DNA of 64,000 nt from an uncultured Chthonomonadaceae bacterium (GCA_963817895.1 CAWFQB010000004.1:608001-672000); one strand, 5' to 3'. Counted from the stretch's first letter, positions 19,264-29,668 are shown. Translations and numbers: made by a program. Notes: generated from the letters alone by a model not told the origin.

Positions 19264-19529
19264 GGTAAGGTACGCTCCAAGATACCGCCAATGGCTTCTA
19301 CGGCATTGTAACCAATACGGAGGGCGTACAGCGTTGCGCCTGGATGGCGCACCTGCAAATGACGAGACGTTTCTATGCCCATATCGTCAATCTCATAATC
19401 GCCGCTGTCCACATCCATGACAATAAGTTTGCCGATGTTGGCGGGAGTTTCGATTTGTGGACGAAGTTGCTCGTATAATTGCCGCGCCCGTTCGTTCAGC
19501 GCAGTACTATTCGGAACCGTTGTCTGCAT
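19260..19529 (-). CDS. Small hypothetical protein coupled to the aspartic protease
   Basis: AGGAGG RBS before ATG 19529; GKLIVMDVDSGDYEIDD...LRIGY. Confidence 0.75.
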   Translation of the reverse strand: MQTTVPNSTALNERARQLYEQLRPQIETPANIGKLIVMDVDSGDYEIDDMGIETSRHLQVRHPGATLYALRIGYNAVEAIGGILERTLP

Positions 19530-19560
19530 AAGTACCTCCTTTACAACTGACAGAGAAAGC

Positions 19561-19986
19561 CTATCTTTCAATTACGCTTTCTCCTACGGTTAATTCTTGC
19601 CAAGTGTAACGGCGTCTGTTGACGTTGTTCCGCTCAGGGCGAGGCTTGTGCGGCAGTTCGACTGCTTCTGTAAGCAGATAAAAACGGTGTTTGCCACGAT
19701 TGGATGCAAAGTAGTCTGCGCGATCATGAACATATTGGCGAATACGGTCACGACTTGAAGAAGCAACAAAACGCCAAGTAGTTTCATCATGAGGATCAAG
19801 CGTGCAAACAGAATCTACTGAGTAGATTGCATCCATTTCACCACCTTTCTGTCGAAACGCGAGGTACTTATCAGCAAATTCGAGGTAAGAAGCAGGACAG
19901 GAATATACACAGTTTGTTTTTAGCGCAATGTAAGAATCAGCGGCAGGAATGGAGAAAACTTGAGTTTGTGGTGAATGGTTGGTCAT
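19561..19986 (-). CDS. Hypothetical protein, lower GC
   Basis: 141-aa ORF with GAGGAG RBS just after pyrB stop. Confidence 0.65.
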   Translation of the reverse strand: MTNHSPQTQVFSIPAADSYIALKTNCVYSCPASYLEFADKYLAFRQKGGEMDAIYSVDSVCTLDPHDETTWRFVASSSRDRIRQYVHDRADYFASNRGKHRFYLLTEAVELPHKPRPERNNVNRRRYTWQELTVGESVIER

Positions 19987-20003
19987 GGTGTTTACTCCTC
20001 TGG

Positions 20004-20942
20004 TTATGCTTCTGCTCCGGTTGTCCCCTGCGTTCCCATGAGCGTGTACAAAACGGCCATGCGGACCGCGACGCCGTTTGTCACCTGTTCTTCAATCGCG
20101 CTGCGGATGCCGCCTGCGCCATCCGCGACATCGGCTGATATTTCAACGCCCCGGTTCATGGGGCCGGGGTGGAGGACAAGCACATCCGGTTTGGCGGCTT
20201 TCAGGCTGCTGCCGGTGACGCCGAACATGCGGCTGTACTCGCGCAGGCTTGGAAGCAGTCCACGCTCCTGCCGCTCGGTTTGCAGGCGCAGGACATTCAC
20301 CACGTCCGCGCCTTCCAGTCCGGCGCGTAAATCATCGAAAACCTGCACGGGCAGTTTTTCGGCGTCGGGCGGCAGCAGGGTGCGCGGGCCGACAAGCCGG
20401 ACGTTCGCGCCCATTTTGGATAATCCCCATATATTGGAACGGGCGACGCGGCTGTGGGTAATATCGCCGACAATCGCCACGTTCAAACCTGCCAGTTCGC
20501 CCTTGTGCTGCTGCATGGTGAGCATGTCGAGCAATCCCTGCGTGGGGTGTTCGTGCCGTCCGTCGCCCGCGTTGATAATGGGAATGTTCAGGTGTTCGGC
20601 GGCGAACTGCGGCGTACCAGAAACGGAATGGCGCATCACGATGCAGTCGGCTTTCAATGCCTGAAGCGTGAGCAGCGTATCCTTCAGGCTTTCGCCTTTG
20701 GCAACCGACGACTGCGCCACCGCGATATTGATGGCCTCTGCCGACATGATTTTGGCGGCCATTTCAAAACTGGTGCGCGTCCGCGTGCTGTTCTCGTAAA
20801 ACAGGGTAATCATCGCCCGCCCGCGCAGGGTAGGCACTTTCTTGACCGGACGCGCCAGAATCTCCTGAAAGGCAATGGCCTCATTCAGCAGATAGCGTAT
20901 GTCTTCGGACGTTGTTTCGCGCAGCGTGAGCAGATGTTTCAT
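20004..20942 (-). CDS. pyrB: Aspartate carbamoyltransferase catalytic subunit
   Basis: FYENSTRTRTSF, NAGDGRHEHPTQGLLD, RLQTER, HPGPMNRG. Confidence 0.97.
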   Translation of the reverse strand: MKHLLTLRETTSEDIRYLLNEAIAFQEILARPVKKVPTLRGRAMITLFYENSTRTRTSFEMAAKIMSAEAINIAVAQSSVAKGESLKDTLLTLQALKADCIVMRHSVSGTPQFAAEHLNIPIINAGDGRHEHPTQGLLDMLTMQQHKGELAGLNVAIVGDITHSRVARSNIWGLSKMGANVRLVGPRTLLPPDAEKLPVQVFDDLRAGLEGADVVNVLRLQTERQERGLLPSLREYSRMFGVTGSSLKAAKPDVLVLHPGPMNRGVEISADVADGAGGIRSAIEEQVTNGVAVRMAVLYTLMGTQGTTGAEA

Positions 20943-21052
20943 AGGATTTTCGATTTTCGATTTTCGATTTTCGATTGGGCTTGCCGCTCCTCTTCGCCTG
21001 TTGGAACAGCAAGGGGCGTCAATCGTCAATCGAAAATCGAAAATCGGCAATT

Positions 21053-21629
<577 letters not shown>

Positions 21630-21644
21630 TCAGCCGGATATGCC

Positions 21645-21689
21645 AAAAACGCCTCCCCACGACCTGAAAAGGCCGACCGGCGAAGGCGT
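21645..21689 (-). terminator. Attenuator terminator of the pyr leader
   Basis: Minus strand ACGCCTTC...GGAGGCGTTTTT hairpin between the PyrR site and the pyrR start. Confidence 0.7.
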
Positions 21690-21763
21690 GTAGAAAGGGG
21701 GGGCGGCAACAGAACGGGCGCAAACCGCGTTATCGGTTGCGTGTTCTTTCTGCCTGTATTCCT

Positions 21764-21800
21764 GCCCCTTGCCAGCCTCACCGGACCAACTTAAAAGGAC
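21764..21800 (-). promoter_or_regulatory. PyrR-binding RNA element
   Basis: Minus strand GTCCTTTTAAGTTGGTCCGGTGAGGCTGGCAAGGGGC resembles the UUUAA...RUCCNGNGAGGYU...AAGG consensus. Confidence 0.85.
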
Positions 21801-21934
21801 GATGCTCAAAAATCATACTCTTGCTTATGAAAAGGAGTCTAGCACATATCGGATAATGAAGTCAACTGCAATCGGCGCGTTGTTTTGGTAGAGCGGGCGT
21901 TAGAGGGTTGCCGACGCGCAAGCGCATAAAGAAA

Positions 21935-22579
21935 TCAGGACTGCGCCAGCAACGCCGTAAGCGTATCGTAGACATCGGGGCGAGGTTCGCGCAGTATCCA
22001 TTCGGCCTGCAACGTCAAGCCGGGGAGAGTGGCGAACGTGACCGGTCCTTCGTTGATAACTGTTTCCGCGTAGCCCTCCTCATTGCGGCGCAGCAGGCGG
22101 ATTTCCTGATTGCGAAGATGAACGAAAACCAACTCCGGTACGCCAAGCCCGAAATACTCGGCTTCCAATTCCCGTAAATGCGAAGGGCGGTCATTAGGAG
22201 AGGCGATCTCAATGATCAAGTCCGGCGCGCCGCGAACGGCCTGCTGTTGAACAATATCCATACGCTCTTGCCGCACAAAGAGCAAATCCGGCATTCTGCC
22301 GCCAAACGTATCCGTCTTGACCATGATGCGCGAACTCAGCATCTCCCCCAATCTATTCTTTTGGATAAAGATGCCCGCTACCTGATAAAGCCAGCCTGTA
22401 CATAATTCGTGATCCAGTTGTATGTTCGGTTTTTCCACGACCACGCCCCGCGCTAATTCAATAAAGCGCTCTTCTGCCATAATGAGAAAACGTTCAAAGG
22501 GGATGGGGCGTTCGCCGACATGAACAACGCGGGCTTCCACACTTCGTTCGGTTTCACATTCCAGTAAAAAGTTCGCCAT
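21935..22579 (-). CDS. Uma2/DUF820 family PD-(D/E)XK endonuclease-like protein
   Basis: RMPDLLFV, GAPDLIIEIASP, YFGLGVPE, LPGLTL. Confidence 0.9.
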   Translation of the reverse strand: MANFLLECETERSVEARVVHVGERPIPFERFLIMAEERFIELARGVVVEKPNIQLDHELCTGWLYQVAGIFIQKNRLGEMLSSRIMVKTDTFGGRMPDLLFVRQERMDIVQQQAVRGAPDLIIEIASPNDRPSHLRELEAEYFGLGVPELVFVHLRNQEIRLLRRNEEGYAETVINEGPVTFATLPGLTLQAEWILREPRPDVYDTLTALLAQS

Positions 22580-22680
22580 GTTTTTACTCCCGAAAAGTTG
22601 TATATGCCACAGAATAATACAGGCGCAAGTAGGCATAGGATACACTTGCCCTACAATTTACGACATCAAAGTGTCCGCCA

Positions 22681-23373
22681 TCACGAAACTTTTGCGCTTG
22701 CTTCTTGATCTGTCCACGGGAAGCGGCGCATATCTATTCGTAAAATGGTCTTGTCGGCATCGATTGGCTGCGGTTCGGAAATTTTCTTTTGCCATGACAG
22801 GCTGTTCAGCAGTTTTGACAGCCCGACACGAAATGCCTGAATGTCATCCTCGCCTGCGCCCGCGTTGGCAAGGTGGGTGAGAGTAAAATAGCGGAAATAG
22901 GGGCGGTCACGTTCACTCGCGCGGTTCAGGTCGGCTTCAATTTCACGCAGAATATCGGCTTCGCTGAGGAATTTGCGGGGCGCATTGGGCTTTGCAAACT
23001 TAATTTGAGGCGCGCCCGCTTCGATCCATGCCTTCAGCGTTGCAGTTTCGTTGTCGTTGAGGGGGTTATTTTCACTGCGGGGAGGCATTGGGTCGCCGGG
23101 TGATTTCGCGGCGCGAATGAAGATACGGGATTCGTCCGGCTTTCCCGGCGCGATATGCCCGTTGTCCACCATGAACTTGTAGTCGTGGAAGGTGAAGCCC
23201 GCCGTTTTGTCTTTGCCGTGACATTTGGCGCAATGTTTCTCCAGAACGTCATAGGCTCTTGTTGCCAGGTCGTTGTTTTGCTGTGGCGCAACGGGACTGT
23301 TCGGGAACGCGACTGACGCTACCAAACTCAAACCGGCAAATGAAAACAGGCATATATCCCGCCTGTTCAACAC
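22681..23373 (-). CDS. Secreted planctomycete-type cytochrome c protein, possibly truncated
   Basis: Signal peptide, CAKCH heme motif, PGKPDES..MPP..LKAWIEAGA; second domain ends abruptly. Confidence 0.7.
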   Translation of the reverse strand: MLNRRDICLFSFAGLSLVASVAFPNSPVAPQQNNDLATRAYDVLEKHCAKCHGKDKTAGFTFHDYKFMVDNGHIAPGKPDESRIFIRAAKSPGDPMPPRSENNPLNDNETATLKAWIEAGAPQIKFAKPNAPRKFLSEADILREIEADLNRASERDRPYFRYFTLTHLANAGAGEDDIQAFRVGLSKLLNSLSWQKKISEPQPIDADKTILRIDMRRFPWTDQEASAKVS

Positions 23374-23421
23374 GGTGGTCTGTTTATTATGACATGAGAT
23401 ACGCTTAAAACAATGTTGTTA

Positions 23422-23976
23422 TCAGGAACCGTGCTGGAATGCCTGCCAGTGTCCGTTGCCATCCGAATTGGCTTCCGCCGCCAGTTGATAGTGTTCGATG
23501 CTGCCGCGCGGGTTGGGCAGGTAAAAGCGGACGTGGCGGAAACCGTAGGCGTAGGCATAAGGATTGACGACGCGGGTGAGCAGGTCGGTAACAATGGTGG
23601 CATCGCGTCGGGTCGCGTACAAAACCAGAATGGAACGATCTTCCAGCGCGGGCCGTCCCTCCACGACTATATCTCCGCACTGGCGGCGAAGAATGTCGTA
23701 GAAGGGCGCGCGCTGCGCTTCGTAATCATTGATGGCCTTTTGTTCCGGCGTTTGCACGGGCGCAATATTGGGCAAGGTTGAGGGTTGCGAGTTGAGAGTT
23801 GAGGGAGGAATTGAGTTTATAGTTGAGGGTTGAGAGTTGAGGGGAGTGGCTGTTCCCTGCGTGGACGCATTGGGTGCGGTTGCGCTGTTTGTGGGGAACA
23901 GGCGGGGCGCAATCAGCCACAGCACCAACGCGCAGGTGCATCCGGCGACGACAATCAGCATCAGCAGGCGTCCCAT
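23422..23976 (-). CDS. Hypothetical membrane-anchored protein with repeat-derived linker
   Basis: GGAG RBS, N-terminal TM, LNSQPST repeats from a 7-mer array. Confidence 0.7.
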   Translation of the reverse strand: MGRLLMLIVVAGCTCALVLWLIAPRLFPTNSATAPNASTQGTATPLNSQPSTINSIPPSTLNSQPSTLPNIAPVQTPEQKAINDYEAQRAPFYDILRRQCGDIVVEGRPALEDRSILVLYATRRDATIVTDLLTRVVNPYAYAYGFRHVRFYLPNPRGSIEHYQLAAEANSDGNGHWQAFQHGS

Positions 23977-24042
23977 GGCATCTCCATGCAGGGAGCAGGG
24001 AGCAGGGAGCAGGGAGTGGGGTGTAGACCGCCTTTCTACTCC

Positions 24043-24486
24043 CTATTCCCCACTCCCTACTCCCTGAATTATCGCGTTCTCCCCCTCAATCCAGAACGCG
24101 CCGTCCGGGCAGACTTCCCGTTTCCAGATCGGCACGGTATCTTTCAGAGTATCTATGCACCAGCGGCAGGCTTCAAACGCCTGCGCGCGGTGGGGCGAGC
24201 CGACGCAAATGACGATACTGGCTTCCCCCAATTCCAGACGTCCGATGCGATGCTGCATCACGACCTGACAGTTCCAGCGAGTTTCAGCCTCTTCAGCAAG
24301 GCGCTGCATCTGCTTTTGCGCGAGTGGCACATAAGCGTTGTACTCCAGATACGCCACTTCGCGCCCTCTGGAATTATGTCGCACCTGCCCGATGAACGTA
24401 CAGACCGCCCCGTTTGCCACATCGGAAACTTTCGCTTCTAATTCGGCGGCGTTGATAGACGTTTCCGAAATGATTGCTTCAGCCAA
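24043..24486 (-). CDS. moaE: Molybdopterin synthase catalytic subunit
   Basis: GAVCTFIGQVR, LEY, HRIGRL, SPHR..AF, LKDTVPIWKRE; AGGAG before TTG. Confidence 0.93.
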   Translation of the reverse strand: MAEAIISETSINAAELEAKVSDVANGAVCTFIGQVRHNSRGREVAYLEYNAYVPLAQKQMQRLAEEAETRWNCQVVMQHRIGRLELGEASIVICVGSPHRAQAFEACRWCIDTLKDTVPIWKREVCPDGAFWIEGENAIIQGVGSGE

Positions 24487-24537
24487 TAAGAAACTCCTGC
24501 TAAAATGTTTCGCCCAATCAACCATTACCACCAGTGT

Positions 24538-24783
24538 TTATCCGCCGCTCATCGGGGGAAGAACGGCGACCGTATTTTCTGCCTGCAATTTCTCGTCTAA
24601 GGAAGCATACTCTTCCTCTACGGCGAAGCGGCAATGCGCGGCAATATTAACAAAGCGCGGGTCACGTTCCGCCAGAGTTTGCGCCAAATCGCGAACCGTC
24701 GCGTTTTCGGCAAGCGCAAGAGCGAGTTGCCCATTGGGAACATAATCGCTGTAATGGCCGAAAAAGAGAATGTTTACAGTCAT
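24538..24783 (-). CDS. moaD: MoaD/ThiS sulfur carrier
   Basis: MTVNILFFG...VAVLPPMSGG with C-terminal GG. Confidence 0.93.
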   Translation of the reverse strand: MTVNILFFGHYSDYVPNGQLALALAENATVRDLAQTLAERDPRFVNIAAHCRFAVEEEYASLDEKLQAENTVAVLPPMSGG

Positions 24784-25771
24784 GCGCCTGCCTCCTCTGT
24801 TGTTTCTGCGGTTTTCTGGCTGCCTGCGTCGTTTCCGGGTAATGTGGGCATTTCTCCCCGCGCCAGTTGCCGCAAGCGGGACAGATTGACGGCGTGCATG
24901 ATTTCTGATTCGGGCGTTTCCAGAATGATGGGAATGTGCCGCAGGCGGGTATCCGTGACAAGGCGGGCAAAAGCCTCCATGCCGATATGTCCCTCCCCGA
25001 TATGCGAGTGACGATCCACGCGGCAGCCGAGCGGCTTCTGGCAATCGTTGGCATGAATCACTTTAAGATTTTCCAGCCCGATCAGCCGGTCGAAGTCCGC
25101 CATCGTTTGCGCATACGCCGCCTCCGCGCGCAGATCGTAACCGGCGGCGAAAATGTGGCAGGTATCCATGCAAACGCCCAGACGCGGGGTAGGGCCGACT
25201 TCGCGCAAAATGCGGCTCAACTGCTCGAACTGCCAGCCTAATCCGGTTCCCTGTCCCGCCGTCGTTTCCAGCGCGACGCCTACCGTATATCCCAACTTGT
25301 CCGTATCTTCCAGTACCTGTTTCAGGCTGTCCACAAGCCGCGTCATGGCCTCGTCTTCGCCCTGGTCCCGATGCGCGCCCATGTGCGTGACCACCCACGG
25401 AATACCCAACGATTGCGCCCGATCCAGTTCCGCCCGAAACGCCGCCCGCGATTTATTTAGATCTCTACATCCGGCGCTGCCAGATTAATCAGGTGGGAAT
25501 CGTGCGACACGGTTGAAGCGATGCCGGTTTGCTCCTGCGCGTCGCGGAACGCGGCGATAACGTCCGCGCTGAGTGGCCCCATCTGCCACTGTTTGGGATT
25601 GGCGGTAAACAACTGTACCGCGCTGCACCCGATTTTATGCCCCCCGAGCAGGCTGTTATGCAGGCCGCCCGTTGTCGGCATGTGCGCCCCCAACAGGTGC
25701 GCGGAATCTATATCTGTCACAATCCTTACTTTCTTTTCACTATCGGACACATTCTTACCACTGGTTTTCAA
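24780..25771 (-). CDS. nfo: Endonuclease IV, frameshift near 25460 (probable read error); start uncertain
   Basis: LLGAHMPTTGG, QLFTANPKQW, HDSHLINLA, LETTAGQG, CMDTCHIFAAGYD, HAND, DRHSHIGEG, ILETP. Confidence 0.92.
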
Positions 25772-25793
25772 CCCCTGTCTCTATGGCCTGCGG

Positions 25794-25880
25794 CGTAGGG
25801 ACACAACTTGTTGTGTCCTCCTTTTGTTGTGTCCTCCTTCGACCTTGCGCAATGCGGACACAACAAGTTGTGTTCCTACG
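25794..25880. repeat. REP doublet (GTAG type)
   Basis: CGTAGGGACACAACTTGTTGTGTCC ... GGACACAACAAGTTGTGTTCCTACG. Confidence 0.75.
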
Positions 25881-25895
25881 GTGTTGTTTTTGTGA

Positions 25896-26828
25896 TTAGC
25901 AGGAAACCTTGCCGAAAAGTTCCGCGAGAAGCGCGTCCTGCATCGCATCCTCACTGATTTGAACGGGATAGACGCTTTTCACTTCACTTCCCGCCACCAT
26001 GCGGGCGGCGTTCAGCGCGAGCGCGTTGTTCTTGTCCCGAACGCCCACAATCAGCGTTTCGCCCTCCAGGGCCATGCCAACAATTTCATGGGCGCGGGCG
26101 ATGTGTTCCGGGATCAGCGCGGCGGCGCGCGGGTCAATCAGATAGCCATCGGCCCATACAGGCGGGCGTCCGCGCAGGGCGCGTTCACCCTCCACAAGGG
26201 CGCGAAAAAGCGCTTCTTCCGCAAGGGGCGACGTGCCGCGCGCCAGAAACAGATGCCAGCCAATGGTTTCGTTGCTGTAGCGCGTCCAGAACTCCACGTT
26301 TCCCCACGCCAGCGCGTCCCGCAGGTTGTCCACGCGATCCGCCAATTTCACCAGTCGAACCCACTCGCCCGATTTGCGCAATTCGGCAAAGTATCGCGCT
26401 TCACGCGCCGCCTGAACCTCGCGGGGGCCAGGCATCGGTTTTGTCAGGGTTTCTATAGCATGATAAACTTCGTTACCCGCCTCGCGAATGATGTCCTGCT
26501 CATACGCGCCACGCTGATCGCGGGGGCAGTCTTCCAGTGTATCGTGCAGCAGGCAGGTGGCAAGCGTTCGCAGGTCGAAACGCTGCCACTCGTCGGCCAG
26601 AATACGCGCCACCCGCAGCGGGTGCATGATATACGGCGTGGCTATCGGCTCCGTTTCCGCCGTGCGGAACTGTCCGGCATGGGCGCGAACGGAAATGGCG
26701 AACACCCGATCCAGCGCATCCCGCTCCGAAGAAGACAGATGCGTACGCAGCGCCTCCAGATGCCTCCGCGCATCAAAATTTCCGCTGACAGGTGGCTCCA
26801 CATCGATTCCTTCCAGGGATGATGTCAA
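25896..26828 (-). CDS. RelA/SpoT-type HD hydrolase fused to a T2SSE_N-like C-terminal domain
   Basis: AHAGQFR, PYIMHPLRVA, LLHDTLED, VKLADRVDNL; then IDPRAAALIPEHIARAHEIVGM..LIVGVRD. Confidence 0.8.
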   Translation of the reverse strand: MTSSLEGIDVEPPVSGNFDARRHLEALRTHLSSSERDALDRVFAISVRAHAGQFRTAETEPIATPYIMHPLRVARILADEWQRFDLRTLATCLLHDTLEDCPRDQRGAYEQDIIREAGNEVYHAIETLTKPMPGPREVQAAREARYFAELRKSGEWVRLVKLADRVDNLRDALAWGNVEFWTRYSNETIGWHLFLARGTSPLAEEALFRALVEGERALRGRPPVWADGYLIDPRAAALIPEHIARAHEIVGMALEGETLIVGVRDKNNALALNAARMVAGSEVKSVYPVQISEDAMQDALLAELFGKVSC

Positions 26829-26915
26829 AGGTTAGGTTGTTAGGTTAGGAGGGGCAGAGAGGTATACAGGAAGCATTTCCTGATAACCTAACAACTAACA
26901 ACCTAACAACCTGAC

Positions 26916-27922
26916 TTAAGCATTGTCCCGAAACGCTTCGGGAACGGTTTGCAGGGGAACGGCAAGGGCGCGAACCAGAGCGGAAAGCATCTGCTCCTTG
27001 TAGATGCTGTTGAGCGCGAGAGCGGCCTGCGTTTGCGCGTACCCGAACGGGATGCCGATGTCGTGCCGTTCGCCGACGGCTTCAAAGGCGAGATAACGCT
27101 CACCCGACGCCCGCAGGCGTTCCTGCGCGCTGGTAAACTGGAACTCGCCCTTTTCGCGCAGGTCGTTGTCCATCGCGATATTTCAGGCAGTCGAAGATTT
27201 GCGGCGTCATAATGTGCATCCCGAAAAAGCACAGGTACATGCCATGCAGCAATCCGGCCTGCCGTAAATGCTCTTCGGCGTACTCCGGCGTGGGCTTTTC
27301 GAAAATGGCTTCCACTTCATACGCCGTCTGCCCGTGTTCTACGCTCTCTTCCAGACGCTTGCCGCAGACCGTGCCGAACAGGTGCAGCAGTTCGGTCGGG
27401 GTTTGCTGCACGGCGGAAACGCTGGCGTTATATTTCTCATATACGTCCAAAATCTGTCGGGCGCACCGTTTGTTGCCCCCCGCCGTGAAAATATGGTCGC
27501 CAAGCATCACAAGAAACGGTTCGTTGCCGACGAAACTCTGCGCCTGATAGACCGCGTGGCCGTAACCCTCCGGCTTTCTCCTGAACCACGAAATGCAGGC
27601 GCGACGCGATCTGCTGAATACGCGCCGATTGCAGCAATGCCCAATCCTTGCCTTTGAACAGGCGCAACTCTTCGGGCGAAAGCGGCGCGAAGTGCTGCTC
27701 GATCTGGGCGCGGTTGTGCGGATTGACAACCAGACAAACCTCTTCGATGCCGCTGTCCAGCGCTTCCTCAATGATGATCTGAATCGCAGGCTTGCAGATG
27801 CCGTCCCGATCCATGACCGGCAGCATCTCTTTTTGTATGGTAGTGGTGGCGGGATACATCCGCGTACCCCGTCCCGCCGCGGTAATCACCGCTTTCCGAA
27901 TCTTGTTCACGCTTTCCTCCAT
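26916..27922 (-). CDS. NDP-sugar pyrophosphorylase (GalU-like), two frameshifts (probable read errors)
   Basis: KAVITAAGRGTRMYPAT..KEMLP, GYGHAV, VMLGD, IFEKP, GEFQFT. Confidence 0.85.
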
Positions 27923-27927
27923 GCGAA

Positions 27928-28055
27928 TTTAACCACGGGGAACACGGGGGACACGGGGAGATACAGGGGAGAAATTTACCACCAATGAAAGAGATACTCT
28001 ATGATGAGGCTCTTGTTTTCTCCTCCCCGTGTCCTCCGTGTTCCCCGTGGTTAAA
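27928..28055. repeat. Inverted 9-mer repeat hairpin
   Basis: TTTAACCACGGGGAACACGGGGGACACGGGGAG / CTCCCCGTGTCCTCCGTGTTCCCCGTGGTTAAA. Confidence 0.8.
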
Positions 28056-28063
28056 TTGTTTTA

Positions 28064-29668
28064 TTATCCTCGCATTATCTGTCGCGCGCCGAAGAGGATG
28101 GCTCCGGGCGAACTGCCCACAATGGCGCGGGGGGTGATGCCGGTACGCTGCTGATACGCCTGACAGACTTCCACAAGCGCGTTGTCCGCGTCGGGCGATT
28201 CGTCATCGCACAACACGGCTACTGTGCCGCCCGCGCCGCCGCCCGTGATACGCGCGCCGTACAATCCGCGTTCCGGCCCGCGCTCCCGTATCAACTGTAC
28301 CAGCAAATCGGTTTCGGGCGAACCGAGATTGAGCCGCTCGCCATACGACGCATGGCTGGCATACATTAATTCGCCCGCCTGCTGTAACAATTGTGGGTCG
28401 CCACGAAGGGGAATGGGCGGGATTGGCAGCGGGCGCGTTTCGGTTCCTGCTTCGCTTTGCAACGCCTCGGCTGTGTCCCGCATTTTACGTTCGGCAATCG
28501 CCTGTTCCTCTTCCGCGCGCAGGCTGGCAATGTGCATCAGGGCGTAGAACGTGCCGACTCGCTCGTTTTCCAGTATGGGATGTTCGGCGCAGGCGCGTGG
28601 ATGGTAGGTGGCGGCGGGATCAACGCGGGTGACGACATCCGGCAAACGGCCATACAACTCCTGATACTCCGCGCCCGTGATGGTTTCAGGAATCAGGTCG
28701 CGGTACTGCGCGAACTCTTCGGGCTTCATTTTGCACAGGTAGTTGTCGAGCAGTTTGCCGCCGCTTTCCAGTTGAATCACTTTCAGGCCCATGAACGCGC
28801 CCACGCGGGCATGAGTGTAGCGGCTGCCGCCAACGGAGTGTTTTACGCGGCTGTCTATGCCGACAAAGCGCCATCCGGGCGGAACCTGCTGGTTGCCCAA
28901 CAAATCGTGCGGCTGACAGCGCAGGGCGAGCAGCGCGTTCTGGCGTCCAAGCGCGGACGTGACCTGATCCATGATGCCGCAGGGCGCGCCGACAATGGTG
29001 TTTTCCACGCGCTGACACCACGAGGCCAGAGTCAGATCGCTGGGGTGTATGCCCGCCGCTTCGCTCAGGGCGTGCATGGTGGCGACTTCCAGCGCGGCAG
29101 AAGAAGAGACTCCGGCTCCGAGCGGCACTTCGCTCCAGATAAGGATGTTCGCGCCCACATCTCCCAGACGCGCGTCTTCTCGAACCGCGTGGGGCGCTTT
29201 CACATACGCCGTAAGCATCACATAAAAACAGCCCAACACATAACTGGCCCAGCGCGTGTGCGGGTCTGCGGTCAGGTGGGCGCGAACCTCGTCAGCCGAG
29301 CGAAGCGAACCGTCCTCGCGCAACAGTTCATCCAGCGAAATAGTGACATCATGCGCCAGCCCTTCGGCCTCCACGTCCAGACTGCGAACGCGCAGGTTCC
29401 GGTCACTGCGCCATTGAATAGCGGCGCAACAGGCGTGGGCAATCGGCATTTCAAGCACCAAACTGCCGGAGTAATCCGCCACGCCGCCCATCACATCCAA
29501 TCGTCCCGGCGCGCGCGCCCCCGCGATAGGACCTTCCCCATCAAAAAACTCCTGCGCTTCATTCTGTACCAGAGTTTCAAACCGCTTCCATTGCGTCTCC
29601 GCATCGGGAAGGGGCGCAAACAGTGTTCGTAACGCGTTGTCATCCGGGTTTTGCGCTGATGCGCTCAT
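28064..29668 (-). CDS. GHMP sugar kinase (galactokinase/L-arabinokinase-like)
   Basis: ARAPGRLDVMGGVADYSGSLVL, VPLGAGVSSSAA, CGIMDQ, GARITGGGAGG. Confidence 0.9.
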   Translation of the reverse strand: MSASAQNPDDNALRTLFAPLPDAETQWKRFETLVQNEAQEFFDGEGPIAGARAPGRLDVMGGVADYSGSLVLEMPIAHACCAAIQWRSDRNLRVRSLDVEAEGLAHDVTISLDELLREDGSLRSADEVRAHLTADPHTRWASYVLGCFYVMLTAYVKAPHAVREDARLGDVGANILIWSEVPLGAGVSSSAALEVATMHALSEAAGIHPSDLTLASWCQRVENTIVGAPCGIMDQVTSALGRQNALLALRCQPHDLLGNQQVPPGWRFVGIDSRVKHSVGGSRYTHARVGAFMGLKVIQLESGGKLLDNYLCKMKPEEFAQYRDLIPETITGAEYQELYGRLPDVVTRVDPAATYHPRACAEHPILENERVGTFYALMHIASLRAEEEQAIAERKMRDTAEALQSEAGTETRPLPIPPIPLRGDPQLLQQAGELMYASHASYGERLNLGSPETDLLVQLIRERGPERGLYGARITGGGAGGTVAVLCDDESPDADNALVEVCQAYQQRTGITPRAIVGSSPGAILFGARQIMRG

